Shown in pieces: positions 52,234 to 62,212 of a stretch of DNA of 64,000 nucleotides; position 1 is the stretch's first letter, and each line of letters starts with the position of its first letter. Position numbers and translations under genes: made by a program. The DNA comes from an uncultured delta proteobacterium (GTDB lineage Bacteria; Desulfobacterota; Desulfobacteria; Desulfobacterales; SG8-13), in assembly GCA_963848135.1 (NCBI GenBank), contig CAWKCK010000017.1, positions 1,024,538 to 1,088,537 of the forward strand, written 5' to 3'. The notes under the pieces were generated by a model that was not told where the DNA came from, did no database searches, and was given only the letters and a program-made list of their open reading frames with translations.

Positions 52234-53073
52234 TCAAGGATGATTATTATCGGACGAAGAGGGGATGGCCGGGACACCCTCCACAGTTATGAGTTCACCG
52301 GTAAAATGTCCCAGCGTGATCCGGCTCGCAAGTTTGATTGGTAAGTGACGGGCATCCGCAGTCACCCAAACCAGAATGTTGGCACCGGCCAATATATCAA
52401 ATACCGGGTTGACGCCTTTGAAATCCGGCTGCACGAGATACGTATCATACGTCATACCGTTTGCGGTTACAGACTCCCGGCGGGTTACCTCTGCTTCCGC
52501 CACGGTACACTTTAATCCGTCGCTGATCGGGCGTGTGATCCGATCCCCCACGTGCAGATCCAATAAACGGGTGTAGTAATAAACGGAGAGCGGATCGAAT
52601 GTTCCGATCATAAGGGGCGTAACATGTTCCGTTTTGAGAATGTCAGATTTTGATCCAAAAACGGTTTGTATACGCTTAAAATAAGCTCGTTTCGACATCC
52701 AATCGAAATCAACGATGATCTCTTTTACCTTTCTCCGTTTTCGGGTTTTTTCCTGGTAGCGTAGAGAATGGGTCATGTCAATATCGACATACGCGTCGAT
52801 GCGGCTGCGATAGGTGTAGATCAAGTCAACGAAAGCGTTGGTCCTGACCGTCATTACAATGTGGTAGACAGGTTGGTTGTCCAGTTCCTCGATCGGCAGG
52901 AGTTCCAGCACCGCTTCTCCGGCCGGGATAGGACCCCACTTGAGTTGATATGTCAGTTTTTCACCGGGAAAGAACGGCCTTGCGTGAGTATCCCCCCAAG
53001 AAACCGTTGCGAGGATGCAAAAGATCGCTGATAGGAATGCCGCCAGCCCTCTTATGGTATTCGAGACGCTCAC
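52234..53073 (-). CDS. DUF3108-like exported protein
   Basis: Signal peptide, PGEKLTY..WG.I.AG, DPLS..Y, VWVTAD. Confidence 0.75.
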   Translation of the reverse strand: MSVSNTIRGLAAFLSAIFCILATVSWGDTHARPFFPGEKLTYQLKWGPIPAGEAVLELLPIEELDNQPVYHIVMTVRTNAFVDLIYTYRSRIDAYVDIDMTHSLRYQEKTRKRRKVKEIIVDFDWMSKRAYFKRIQTVFGSKSDILKTEHVTPLMIGTFDPLSVYYYTRLLDLHVGDRITRPISDGLKCTVAEAEVTRRESVTANGMTYDTYLVQPDFKGVNPVFDILAGANILVWVTADARHLPIKLASRITLGHFTGELITVEGVPAIPSSSDNNHP

Positions 53074-53825
53074 TTCGGTGAAAACTCGGATTCGATCACC
53101 TTAAGCAGATCCTCACCGATAGCAATACCGATATCGATAAATTGTGGGCCGTATTGACGTCCGGTGGTCGTCCGAAATGTATTTTTTATTCGGTGCAAAA
53201 TAGCCAGGCCCTGGGGATAACTGGCCAGGAATTCGGCCAGGGTTGGATTGCGGTGAAAAACCATGCACCATAAGGTATCGGTAAAATTGTCCGGGCCCCA
53301 CCGGAATTTGTCCGCATCATAGAGGCAGCCGGACACCAGGTCGCCGCGACGGCTGTTGATCGGCACCCTCTTTTGAAACGCTTCGTGATCGTGAATTGCC
53401 AGTCGAATGTCTTCCCGCTCTTCGGTTGAAAAGGGATAACTATTGAGCAAAGAAGCCGCGTGGGTCGCCCCTTTGACGGCGTGGTTCGGCTCTTTGCGTT
53501 TGAGGTCGTGCAACAAGCTTGCGCATTGGACGGTCACCACGCACCGATGGGCAGCTTTGGTGCTCATACCGATCCGCCCCCCCTCGGCGATCAGCAACGT
53601 TCCAGCGTCCAGAGCCACCTTGGTGGCGTGCTGAAGTCCATGTCCGAAGTCCTCCTCCAGGCGACCGGTCACGTAGAAACGCAGATCCGATATGGTTGGA
53701 TGGGAATCAAAAATATTACGGGATAAAGAATAAGCGCGAGAAAATTCCGTGTAAAAATCAGGCGGCGGATAATGGGATACGATCTGCCGGGCGCGGTCGC
53801 GCAACCGGATATAAAAAGAGGCCAT
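53070..53825 (-). CDS. HD-domain protein
   Basis: GHGLQHATKV, LLHD, YDADK. Confidence 0.8.
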   Translation of the reverse strand: MASFYIRLRDRARQIVSHYPPPDFYTEFSRAYSLSRNIFDSHPTISDLRFYVTGRLEEDFGHGLQHATKVALDAGTLLIAEGGRIGMSTKAAHRCVVTVQCASLLHDLKRKEPNHAVKGATHAASLLNSYPFSTEEREDIRLAIHDHEAFQKRVPINSRRGDLVSGCLYDADKFRWGPDNFTDTLWCMVFHRNPTLAEFLASYPQGLAILHRIKNTFRTTTGRQYGPQFIDIGIAIGEDLLKVIESEFSPK

Positions 53826-53941
53826 GATATTGGGTGGTGATCGAACGGCTCGCCGACATGAAAGCAATCACCATGGCGGCAGGCGCCTTGGGTCCATGCT
53901 CTAAAAGCCGGTAAATAGAAAGTGAAAGATGTTTAGATCAA

Positions 53942-54433
53942 TTAAATCTTCAGGGAAAAGGCCCTGTCGCATACCTTCCACTTACCGTCTTCTTTAATGA
54001 GCTTCAGGGTTTCGTCTACCGTGTAGGTTTCGCCGAGAAAAAAGAACTTTCCGACAAGAGTGAATATCGGATTGATGTTCCGTTTTCTTTGAGCAGTGAC
54101 GTGCACTTCGGCTGCCGAGCCGTCTTGGCTGAGAATTTCGGTATGAACTTCATACAACTGACTTCGCATATAATTGAAATCAAATCCGCTGATTTTGGCG
54201 TCAGCGGCCACCCGGGTCAGGTATTCGCTCACAATGTCAGACTCTCCATTGCCGGAATAATCACTGCAGAGAAAATCTGTCATTGACGGCTCAAGGTTGA
54301 AATAGGCTTTGGTGAAAGCGACCGCCGTCTTTGCCGGCGTATTCGGGTTATCGGCAATTAAAAGTAAGATTTGTAAAATGACGCCGATGACCACCACCGA
54401 TATGATCGTCATAAACCTGTCGCCCTGTTTCAT
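53942..54433 (-). CDS. Hypothetical membrane-anchored protein (possible NTF2-like fold)
   Basis: N-terminal TM, LIKEDGKWKVC end; GGAGG RBS. Confidence 0.75.
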   Translation of the reverse strand: MKQGDRFMTIISVVVIGVILQILLLIADNPNTPAKTAVAFTKAYFNLEPSMTDFLCSDYSGNGESDIVSEYLTRVAADAKISGFDFNYMRSQLYEVHTEILSQDGSAAEVHVTAQRKRNINPIFTLVGKFFFLGETYTVDETLKLIKEDGKWKVCDRAFSLKI

Positions 54434-54732
54434 GTGCGCCTCCTCCTTTAACCCTTTTCTAAGCCGTCAAACTTTGCGATCGGCAATTGCCCTGAATAAT
54501 TAACAATATACCCAAAACGTTGTCATTCTGGTAGGTTGTGTGAATCCGAGATGAAACGGGTATTTTATTAACACGGAACATTTTTCGAGACAAGAATTTT
54601 CTCGGCCGCTTCATCGGTAAAAACGTGGTGACCGGATATCATCTCGACCGAATGGCCGCTAAGCAGACGCCACGTCAGGGTTGCAAAAAGCTTTGCACCG
54701 GTTCTCAGCAGAAGATGAAAATAGCATTTACA

Positions 54733-55197
54733 TCATTTAAATTGCTCAGCTGTCTCTTTTAGCTTTGAAATTCCCCATTCAATCTTACTGGGTTCAAACG
54801 CTGGGAAGGTCAATCTAATGAAAAGCCCTTTTTTTCGAATTTCCTTGATAAAATTGGTAGCGACAGCATCCCACGCACCGGCTATGCCCACACCAGCATT
54901 CTTTGCTGACTCTATAAATGAAGCTTCCTTATCAACTGAAATGTGTTCAAGGATCAGGAGGGCAAAAAAGCCACCGCTGATATGACCTGGAAAAGCTCCC
55001 GGAAAATTGATTTTAATCGCGGTATTCAACGCCTCCATTCTCGGTTTATACAATTCACACAAATACCTAAGAAAATCACAATATTTTCCCGATTCTATAA
55101 AATTAGCAATAAACGCTTGAGTCGGTAAGTTGGGGTTTATGCGCGTATTGGTTATAACTCCTAAAGAATGTTTTACGTAATGGTCTGGAACTACCAT
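54733..55197 (-). pseudogene. C-terminal fragment of a PLP-dependent aminotransferase (class I/II-like)
   Basis: YKPRMEAL, GGFF, IRLTF motifs; N-terminal half with PLP lysine absent. Confidence 0.65.
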
Positions 55198-55228
55198 ATC
55201 ACCACGAGGTCACCGGCGTGTTATACTC

Positions 55229-55504
55229 TCAGCTTTCTTCCTCATCATTAATATCTTCCCGACTTTTATTGCCACCATATGAATAGGACAATTCAACGTC
55301 TTTTAGAATCTCTCTGGCGATTTCTGCCTGATCCTTTTTTACCATAAGCCGCATTGGTAACGCATTGAATAGATAAGGGGCAACATATTCACCTTGGATA
55401 AAATACGTTATTCCTTCGGCATCCAAAATAGATTTTAGAAAAACCCGATCTCCCGCGTTATGGGTTTCTAAAATCGGTACATATTCTATAAATTCATTTT
55501 TCAT
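55229..55504 (-). CDS. DUF2007-like small protein (cassette gene)
   Basis: LKSILDAEGI..F..GE ... LMVK..QAE.A.EIL; begins just after an attC R' box. Confidence 0.8.
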   Translation of the reverse strand: MKNEFIEYVPILETHNAGDRVFLKSILDAEGITYFIQGEYVAPYLFNALPMRLMVKKDQAEIAREILKDVELSYSYGGNKSREDINDEEES

Positions 55505-55514
55505 AGGTTTTCAT

Positions 55515-55574
55515 GTGTAACCGAAAACTCACAAGCGCCTTCTTCTCGGCATCCTTTACAGCGGTTAGTTCAGC
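55515..55574 (-). other. attC-like integron recombination site
   Basis: Minus strand GCTGAAC ... imperfect palindrome ... GTTACAC, 60 bp, between co-oriented ORFs. Confidence 0.65.
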
Positions 55575-55594
55575 GCGGGTGATCGAGATACCTC

Positions 55595-56293
55595 CTATCC
55601 CTCACCGTGGGGGAGGATCGCTTTGTCCTCCGAGGCGACCCATACAAAACGAGACTGAGATTTACTACCCTTGTATGCGGAAACCCGGAAACGGCAAACA
55701 TGAAAGCTGCAACTGATCAAGAGCTGCTCAAATTTCTTGCTCGGCTCAGCCGACCACAAAGCCAGACACCCCCGGTCGCGCAACGCCCGGCGGCAGGCCC
55801 GAATTCCTTCACGACCGTACAGACGGCGGTTTCCTGAATCTGTCATTTCGCTGGGACCATTATCGATATCCAGCAGGATCGCATCGAATCTGCTCTTAGA
55901 ACGTAAGATAAGCTCGACGATATCGCCGGTCTCGATGTCAATTCGTTCGTCATCCAACGGCTGGCCGTTCAGTTCCCCGAAGAACTCACGATTCCATTCG
56001 ACGACAGCTCCCAACAGTTCACTCACCACCACATGGGCGTGTGGGCTGAGCATATCGAGCGCCTGGCGCAAGGTATATCCCATACCCAACCCTCCGACGA
56101 GTATGCTGGGCGCCCTGCGTCCTGCCAGATGAGCACAACCCAACCGAGCCAGTTCCCGTTCCGACTCATGTTGGCGACTGTTCATCAAATCCTGCCCGTT
56201 GATCTGGATCGAAAAATCACGGCCATGCTGATAAAGCACCATCTTGCCCCCATCCGGGGTCCGGGCTTTCGCTATTCTTATTCTCGGTGTCAT
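55595..56293 (-). CDS. Spermidine synthase-like SAM-dependent methyltransferase
   Basis: LVGGLGMGYT, FDAILLDIDNGP. Confidence 0.88.
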   Translation of the reverse strand: MTPRIRIAKARTPDGGKMVLYQHGRDFSIQINGQDLMNSRQHESERELARLGCAHLAGRRAPSILVGGLGMGYTLRQALDMLSPHAHVVVSELLGAVVEWNREFFGELNGQPLDDERIDIETGDIVELILRSKSRFDAILLDIDNGPSEMTDSGNRRLYGREGIRACRRALRDRGCLALWSAEPSKKFEQLLISCSFHVCRFRVSAYKGSKSQSRFVWVASEDKAILPHGEG

Positions 56294-56568
56294 GGTGGTA
56301 TCTTATTGGTGACAAGTGGCAACGGGAAGAGATCCCGGATTCGCGTTCCGGCTGTTGGTCGCCACGGTCATCACTCACTCTTTCCAGGTAGATTGATTCA
56401 ACAGTGTATCGTTTAATAGATGGTTCCACACCCGTAACTTCATCGGGAACAAAATCGACCCACAACTTATGAAAATGGATAGACTATAGACGAAACGAAT
56501 AAATTAGTATAACCCTAAATGGACGGAACATAACCGAGCCAATAACGCCCCCCAATGGAGTACTGACC

Positions 56569-57309
56569 ATGCCCACTAAACCCCAATCTGTCTATTTCTT
56601 TGGGACTTGTTTAATCGATTCCCTTTACCCGACAGCCGGAATGGCAGCCATTCGGCTGATACAACGCCAGGGGGTCGACGTTATATTCCCTCAGGACCAG
56701 AGTTGCTGCGGGCAGCCGGCATATAACTCCGGTTTCCCGGAAGAGGCCCGGGTGGTGGCCCGGAAACAAATGAAAACTTTATCTAAAAAAATCCCGATTG
56801 TCGTTCCGTCTGGCTCTTGCGCCGGCATGATGAAACATCAATACCCCGAACTTTTTGCCGGGACGCCGGAAGCTGGACAAGCGCAGAGGTTTTCCGAACG
56901 GATTTTCGAGCTGACGGAATTTCTTGTAAGAGTGCTGAAAATCAAGCTCGAAGACCGGGGTACTCCGACCAAAGTCACCTGGCACTCATCCTGTAGTGCC
57001 ATTCGTGAAATGGACGTGATCGGGGATTCCAAGTCCCTGATCCGCCAGTTGAGCAATGTGGAATTGATCGAATTGGATCGCGAAACCGAGTGCTGCGGAT
57101 TCGGCGGCACATTTTCGGTCAAGCAGCCACTGATATCAGCCGCAATGGTTCAGGACAAGGCACGGAACGCGTCGGAAACCGGTGCGACCGTCCTGCTGAC
57201 TGGGGATTGCGGTTGCCTCATGAACATTACCGGCGCAATGGAAAAGATGCGATTGCCAGTCAAAGGTAAACATATCGCTGAATTTATTTGGGAGAGAATC
57301 AATGCATAA
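56569..57309 (+). CDS. lutA: Lactate utilization protein A (CCG-domain Fe-S protein)
   Basis: QSCCGQPAYNSG, PSGSC, ECCGFGGTF, GCLMNI. Confidence 0.92.
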   Translation: MPTKPQSVYFFGTCLIDSLYPTAGMAAIRLIQRQGVDVIFPQDQSCCGQPAYNSGFPEEARVVARKQMKTLSKKIPIVVPSGSCAGMMKHQYPELFAGTPEAGQAQRFSERIFELTEFLVRVLKIKLEDRGTPTKVTWHSSCSAIREMDVIGDSKSLIRQLSNVELIELDRETECCGFGGTFSVKQPLISAAMVQDKARNASETGATVLLTGDCGCLMNITGAMEKMRLPVKGKHIAEFIWERINA

Positions 57310-58732
57310 TGAGATGCCATTCGACTTTGAAACCAATGTAGCGCGGGATCTTAAGAACCCGCAACTGCGCCAAAATTTGCAGTCGGCAATGGACACGCTC
57401 ATCAGCAAACGTAAGGCTGTTTTTCCCGACCCGGAAGAAATTAAAAACCTCCGTGAGATCGGCAATGCGATCAAGCAGCAGGCATTGAGCCGTTTGCCTG
57501 AACTCCTTGAGCAACTGGAAAAAAAGTGCATTGAAAACGGCATCCAGGTCCATTGGGCCGAAACCACCGATGAGGCCAACAGAATCGTCCTTGACATTAT
57601 GCGTTCCCACAATGCCAATGAGATCGTCAAGGGTAAATCGATGGTGTCGGAAGAAATGCACCTCAACCACTTTTTAATCGAAAACGGAATCGAGCCGATT
57701 GAAACCGACCTGGGTGAATTCATTATCCAGCTGGCCGGGGAGACCCCTTCGCACATCATTGTGCCGGCCATTCATAAAAACAAAGACGAGGTGGCCCGGC
57801 TCTTTCACGAGAAGATTCCGAACACGCCTTACACCGAAAAGGTGGAAGAGCTCACGGCCATTGCCCGCAATGCCATGAGAAAGAAGTTTGCCGCAGCGCC
57901 GGTGGGCCTCAGCGGGGTGAACTTCGCCATAGCTGAGACCGGAACGCTGCTCCTGGTGGAAAACGAAGGCAACGGTCGCATGTGCACCACCGTCCCGCCA
58001 GTGCACATCGCGGTGATGGGGTTGGAAAAGGTCATCCCCAAATGGACCGACGTGCCGCCGCTGTTACGCTTGTTGACCGGATCAGCCACCGGCCAGTTGA
58101 TCACAACCTACGTCAACATGATCACCTCGCCACGACGCCCGGGCCAAAAAGACGGCCCCAAAGAGGTGCACCTGATCATTCTGGACAACGGGCGATCTCA
58201 CATTTTGGCCGACCCGAAATTCCGCCAGACCCTTCAGTGCATCCGTTGCGGGACCTGCCTCAATCACTGCCCGGTCTACACCCGGATCGGGGGCCATGCC
58301 TATGGCTTTGTCTATCCCGGACCCATCGGTAAAATTCTAACACCGCAGATGGAAGGTCTTGAAAAAGCGGGAGAACTCATTACTGCCTCTACCCTTTGCA
58401 ATGCCTGCGGGGACGTTTGCCCGGTTAAAATTCCCATCCCCAGCTTGATACGCCGGCTGCGAGATGAAAGCCATTCTCGGGAAGCCACTTCGCAGGTTAA
58501 AGGGCATGGCTGCAAACGAACCCCTGTAGAACACCTGATCTGGAAAGCCTGGGCTCGGATGAACACGGTCCCGTTATTGCGCGAAGCCAACGAGAAAATT
58601 TTGGGCGCGATGGGGAATAAGTTGCCCCCGGTCGGTCCGCTACGAGCCTGGACCCGCGCAAGAACAGCTCCGAAATTTGCCAAAAAAAGTCTGCATCAGA
58701 TTGCTCGTGAAAAAGGAGTCCGAAATGAGTAG
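57302..58732 (+). CDS. lutB: Lactate utilization protein B (LUD + 4Fe-4S)
   Basis: KGKSM, ETDLGE, ENEGN, CIRCGTCLNHCP, LCNACGDVCPVKI. Confidence 0.94.
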   Translation: MHNEMPFDFETNVARDLKNPQLRQNLQSAMDTLISKRKAVFPDPEEIKNLREIGNAIKQQALSRLPELLEQLEKKCIENGIQVHWAETTDEANRIVLDIMRSHNANEIVKGKSMVSEEMHLNHFLIENGIEPIETDLGEFIIQLAGETPSHIIVPAIHKNKDEVARLFHEKIPNTPYTEKVEELTAIARNAMRKKFAAAPVGLSGVNFAIAETGTLLLVENEGNGRMCTTVPPVHIAVMGLEKVIPKWTDVPPLLRLLTGSATGQLITTYVNMITSPRRPGQKDGPKEVHLIILDNGRSHILADPKFRQTLQCIRCGTCLNHCPVYTRIGGHAYGFVYPGPIGKILTPQMEGLEKAGELITASTLCNACGDVCPVKIPIPSLIRRLRDESHSREATSQVKGHGCKRTPVEHLIWKAWARMNTVPLLREANEKILGAMGNKLPPVGPLRAWTRARTAPKFAKKSLHQIAREKGVRNE

Positions 58733-59393
58733 CAGCGCCCGTGAACGCATTTTCAACCGCCTGCGGACCGCAATGACGGTATCGGCTGATCAGAAAACAA
58801 GTTCGATAGAGACCATGCCCATACCCCAGATGTCCCACGAAGAGAAGATCGAGCGGCTTAAAACTCTCATGGGGGCCGTGCGCACTGAAGTGTATTTGGT
58901 GACAGCCGACACCTGGGTTAAACAGCTTGAAACAATTGCAAAAGAAAAGAAGCTGAGTAACCTGCTGATCGCACCCGAAACCGACTATGGCAAGGCCCTC
59001 CTCAGCACCTGGCAAAACGGTCGAGAAGGACTGCCGGCCCTCTTGAACTATGACGGAGAGATCGAGGATTTCAAATCAAAGCTTTTCGAAGTCGATGCAG
59101 CCCTGACAACCACCATCGGCGGCATTGCCGATCCCGGAGCCATTATCCTTTGGCCGAACGAAATCGAACCTCGGCTCATGTCTTTGGTGCCCCACATTCA
59201 TATCGCCGTTCTGGAGGCAGACAAAATCTACGCCTCCCCGGCCGATGCATTCGCCGAATTGGGCTGGTCAGAAAAAATTCCGACCAACGCCTTGCTGATT
59301 TCCGGCCCTTCAAAAACAGCTGACATCGAGTTTATATTGACTTTCGGGGTGCACGGTCCCAAGGAATTGATACTGCTAATTTTAGATAATTGA
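58725..59393 (+). CDS. lutC: Lactate utilization protein C (LUD domain)
   Basis: RLMSLVP, ISGPSKTADIE, GVHGP. Confidence 0.92.
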   Translation: MSSSARERIFNRLRTAMTVSADQKTSSIETMPIPQMSHEEKIERLKTLMGAVRTEVYLVTADTWVKQLETIAKEKKLSNLLIAPETDYGKALLSTWQNGREGLPALLNYDGEIEDFKSKLFEVDAALTTTIGGIADPGAIILWPNEIEPRLMSLVPHIHIAVLEADKIYASPADAFAELGWSEKIPTNALLISGPSKTADIEFILTFGVHGPKELILLILDN

Positions 59394-60530
59394 ACGACTG
59401 GTATTCCAATTCATGCTTGCAGTATGTGGTGTGTATTTGTCATTGATGAGCGGGATTTTCACACCGGTAATACGCTTAGAAAACCTTAGACCGCCTTCCA
59501 ATGCTCCCTCAATCAGACCACCATTGCTGAAAGATGTTTCCGTTGAAATAAATTCGAGCTTCCTGCCCCAGGCACGACCCAATATAAGGTTCAGGCCATA
59601 CTGTGGATGGCGGGTTAGCGGTTTGCGATCGTTGACATTGGCGGTAAATTTTTCCGTACTCCAGTCCTGAAAATGAACCGCTTTTGGCCGATTCGCCTCA
59701 TTCCCAAACAACGCCTCGAGTTGAGCCATTGCTTGTTTAATAAATTCAAGTCGTCCCATACTCGCCCGACTCTCTGCATCCAGACCAGAAAACCCAAATA
59801 AACTGAAAGTATTCCCAGAATTTGGCGAAGCGTCGTGGACCTCCGCCAATGGCCCACACTGACTGATGGCGGTGCCACACAGACCCATCATCCGCCAAAA
59901 AGGCGCATCATAGGTCGCAAAAAACTTCGCCTGCCCTGCCATCCAGGTAGGTGTTTCGGCCAGTGCTTGCATCGTTTCTTGGGGGAGTTCAGGTACAAAT
60001 GTCAAGCCAGCAGCCAAGCGAGGCGGTATCGCCAGTGCAACCTGCTTCGCTTCTACCTGTACCTTTCCTGATGGTCCCATTGCATCGATCGTAATAACGT
60101 CATTGTTGATTGAGAGTCCAGTAACCATATGCGCCAATAATTTATGGGATGCGTCAATTTCATTAGCAATTACATTCGTGAGTTGATTGACACCCCCCTG
60201 AATGCGCAATGATCCTGTCATTGGTGATGCGTTCAGGGTTCTCTCAATACGACCGTCCATCTGTTGAAACAATACCGCGCCGTCAACATATTGCTCGAAA
60301 TAGGGAATATCAAAATGTTTCAATAAACTGGCCACGAGTGGTTGACCCGGCCAAAACCAAGAAGGGCCAAGGTCGCAAGGTGTACCATCGTCTCCCGCCA
60401 CTGTAAGAATCCGACCCCCGAACCGCGACCGGGCTTCCATTATGCTTGCGTTTTCACCTGCAGATCGTAATTGCCATGTCGCGGTAAGTCCACTAAGCCC
60501 ACCACCAATAATGAGGATGTCTGTTTGCAT
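59382..60530 (-). CDS. Flavin monoamine oxidase family protein (cassette gene)
   Basis: IIGGGLSG, EARSRFGGR, DLGPSWFWP, PTWMAG, GLIEGA. Confidence 0.88.
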   Translation of the reverse strand: MQTDILIIGGGLSGLTATWQLRSAGENASIMEARSRFGGRILTVAGDDGTPCDLGPSWFWPGQPLVASLLKHFDIPYFEQYVDGAVLFQQMDGRIERTLNASPMTGSLRIQGGVNQLTNVIANEIDASHKLLAHMVTGLSINNDVITIDAMGPSGKVQVEAKQVALAIPPRLAAGLTFVPELPQETMQALAETPTWMAGQAKFFATYDAPFWRMMGLCGTAISQCGPLAEVHDASPNSGNTFSLFGFSGLDAESRASMGRLEFIKQAMAQLEALFGNEANRPKAVHFQDWSTEKFTANVNDRKPLTRHPQYGLNLILGRAWGRKLEFISTETSFSNGGLIEGALEGGLRFSKRITGVKIPLINDKYTPHTASMNWNTSRSII

Positions 60531-60577
60531 ATTTTTATTACCGATGAATCTAAATTATAGAGACATTGCTATATTTC

Positions 60578-60639
60578 GCCTAACGCTGGTGCTCAGTGGC
60601 GGAAGCGAAGCGAACGTCCGCTGCAGCGCATGATTCGGC
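60578..60639 (-). other. attC-like integron recombination site
   Basis: Minus strand GCCGAAT CATGCGCTGCAGCGGAC ... CCACTGAGCACCAGC GTTAGGC, 62 bp. Confidence 0.8.
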
Positions 60640-60671
60640 TTTCTATATCCTAAAAATTGTTATTCTGCCCG

Positions 60672-61095
60672 TCATTCCGTGAATCCACGTTCTCTCATTG
60701 CTACGCCTTTCTTGAAGAGTGCCATGCCCGTTTTCATCTTCCGGAATCCGTGTGTTTGGTAGAACCCTTCTTTTCCTGGTGACGCGTATAGAATGACGTT
60801 GCAATGCGAAATCCGGGGCAAAATGTTCTTCATGATTGTCGTTCCGATCCCCTTCCGTTGGAATTCAGGGAGAACCGCGCAATCATAGATAGCAGCCTGG
60901 TAGACGCCATCGGAAATCGCTCGACCAAAACCGATCAACCGATCAGCATGATAGACAAACACGGTCGTATGGCTGGCTTCAAACGCCCTTCTGTGCACAT
61001 CGGGTTCGTCATACGCCATTCCGACGCATTTCAATATTTCCGATACTGTCTTCCAGTCCACTCCGGCACAATCTTTGCTTAACGTCTACTTCCAT
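60672..61095 (-). CDS. GNAT acetyltransferase (cassette gene), +1 frameshift near 61075
   Basis: LIGFGRAISDG, QRKGIG, GFY; ATG at 61095 joins if one A of AAGCAAAGAT is removed. Confidence 0.85.
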
Positions 61096-61121
61096 CAAAG
61101 AACCTCGGTATATATGTTGTC

Positions 61122-61182
61122 GCCGAACGCCGCGGATCAGTAGTTGAGCGTCAGCGAGGTCCAACTAACCCGGATGTTACAC
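61122..61182 (-). other. attC-like integron recombination site
   Basis: Minus strand GTGTAAC ATCCGGG..AGTTGGAC CTCGCTGACGCT CAACTACTGATCCGCGGC GTTCGGC, 61 bp. Confidence 0.7.
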
Positions 61183-61329
61183 GCCCCTGAGGGATTCATT
61201 GGCAAGGCACTCAAGGGTGTAGCCGTAGTATACCTACTGCAAGCCCCTGACGACTCACCGAATTACATATAAAAAGACGAGAAATCCAGCTATGCAGGAT
61301 AACGCAGCCAATATATGCTTCAGGGAGCG
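61182..61329. mobile_element. MITE-like element abutting attC
   Basis: CGCCCCTGA / TCAGGGAGCG ends; TTGGCAAGGC ... AACGCAGCCAA inner arms. Confidence 0.5.
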
Positions 61330-61502
61330 CCCAAGGGGTGAAAACTTTTCTAATTTTCTCTAAATATCATAAGTTGCAAACTGTACCCTGACTATTATGC
61401 TTCAATTTCAGTTCAAGTATCTAAATTTTAATAAATTTACTCACAGTGTAGAAAAGATTTCATGAAATATTCGGGCTAAACCCGTTAGTATTCGACGTGC
61501 GA

Positions 61503-61651
61503 TCACACGTGCTGATCAATCATAATTGGATTTCCATCAGGATCAATGACAATGAAGCTCGCTGGTCCAACCTCACTCTCATCGGTTTCTTTCTCAATTT
61601 TCATACCTTATTTTTAACAGCTAAACTGACTGAAAATACACCCAATTCCAT
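61503..61651 (-). pseudogene. Internally deleted VOC/glyoxalase family gene
   Basis: AGGAGG RBS then MELGVFSVSLAVKN joined to KIEKETDESEVGP / SFIVIDPDGNPIMIDQHV*. Confidence 0.7.
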
Positions 61652-61822
61652 TCGATCCTCCTAATATTTTTTGATTTATAGCTTTGGGAATATTAACGGC
61701 CGATAACCGAACAACCCGGCCATTGATCAGACTGAGCATAGCGGAGCCTGATCAACGTGGAAGTGAGCAGCGGCCTATATACAAAGCATGCATGCTCTTT
61801 ACGTAAAACTTGCAAGCGCCTG

Positions 61823-62212
61823 TTAGGCTCGGGGCATTGAAATATGCTGATGAGTGATGAGCCAATTACCATTTTGCTTTTCAAGGCAAAAAGTAGCCCT
61901 GACCCAATCCTCAAACTTATTTCCATCTGGCAGAGTGCCACCACAATGTATGAAGCCATATGCGAATGCGACATCTTCGCCAGCAATGACTTTTAAATCA
62001 TGAAAGTCAAACAGGCTCTCACCAGTCGTTTCGGGCTGCCACTCATCCCAGCTTTTTCGATACGATTCCGCACTCTCATACTTCATCGGCGGTAATACAT
62101 CATATATTACGACTGATTCAGCATGATTACATAAAATTTTATCTTTCTTACCAATTTTCGTATTGTGTGCCCATTGCTCCAATAATCTTTGAATCGCAAC
62201 TTTATCATTCAT
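61823..62212 (-). CDS. SnoaL/NTF2-like (YybH/DUF4440) protein (cassette gene)
   Basis: YDVLPP, WVRATFCL, WLITHQHISMP; stop lies within GCCTAAC (attC R'' box). Confidence 0.85.
   Translation of the reverse strand: MNDKVAIQRLLEQWAHNTKIGKKDKILCNHAESVVIYDVLPPMKYESAESYRKSWDEWQPETTGESLFDFHDLKVIAGEDVAFAYGFIHCGGTLPDGNKFEDWVRATFCLEKQNGNWLITHQHISMPRA

Noticed and set aside
56317..56366. Weak palindrome GTGGCAAC...GGTCGCCAC as another attC
   Set aside because: Too short and degenerate to support
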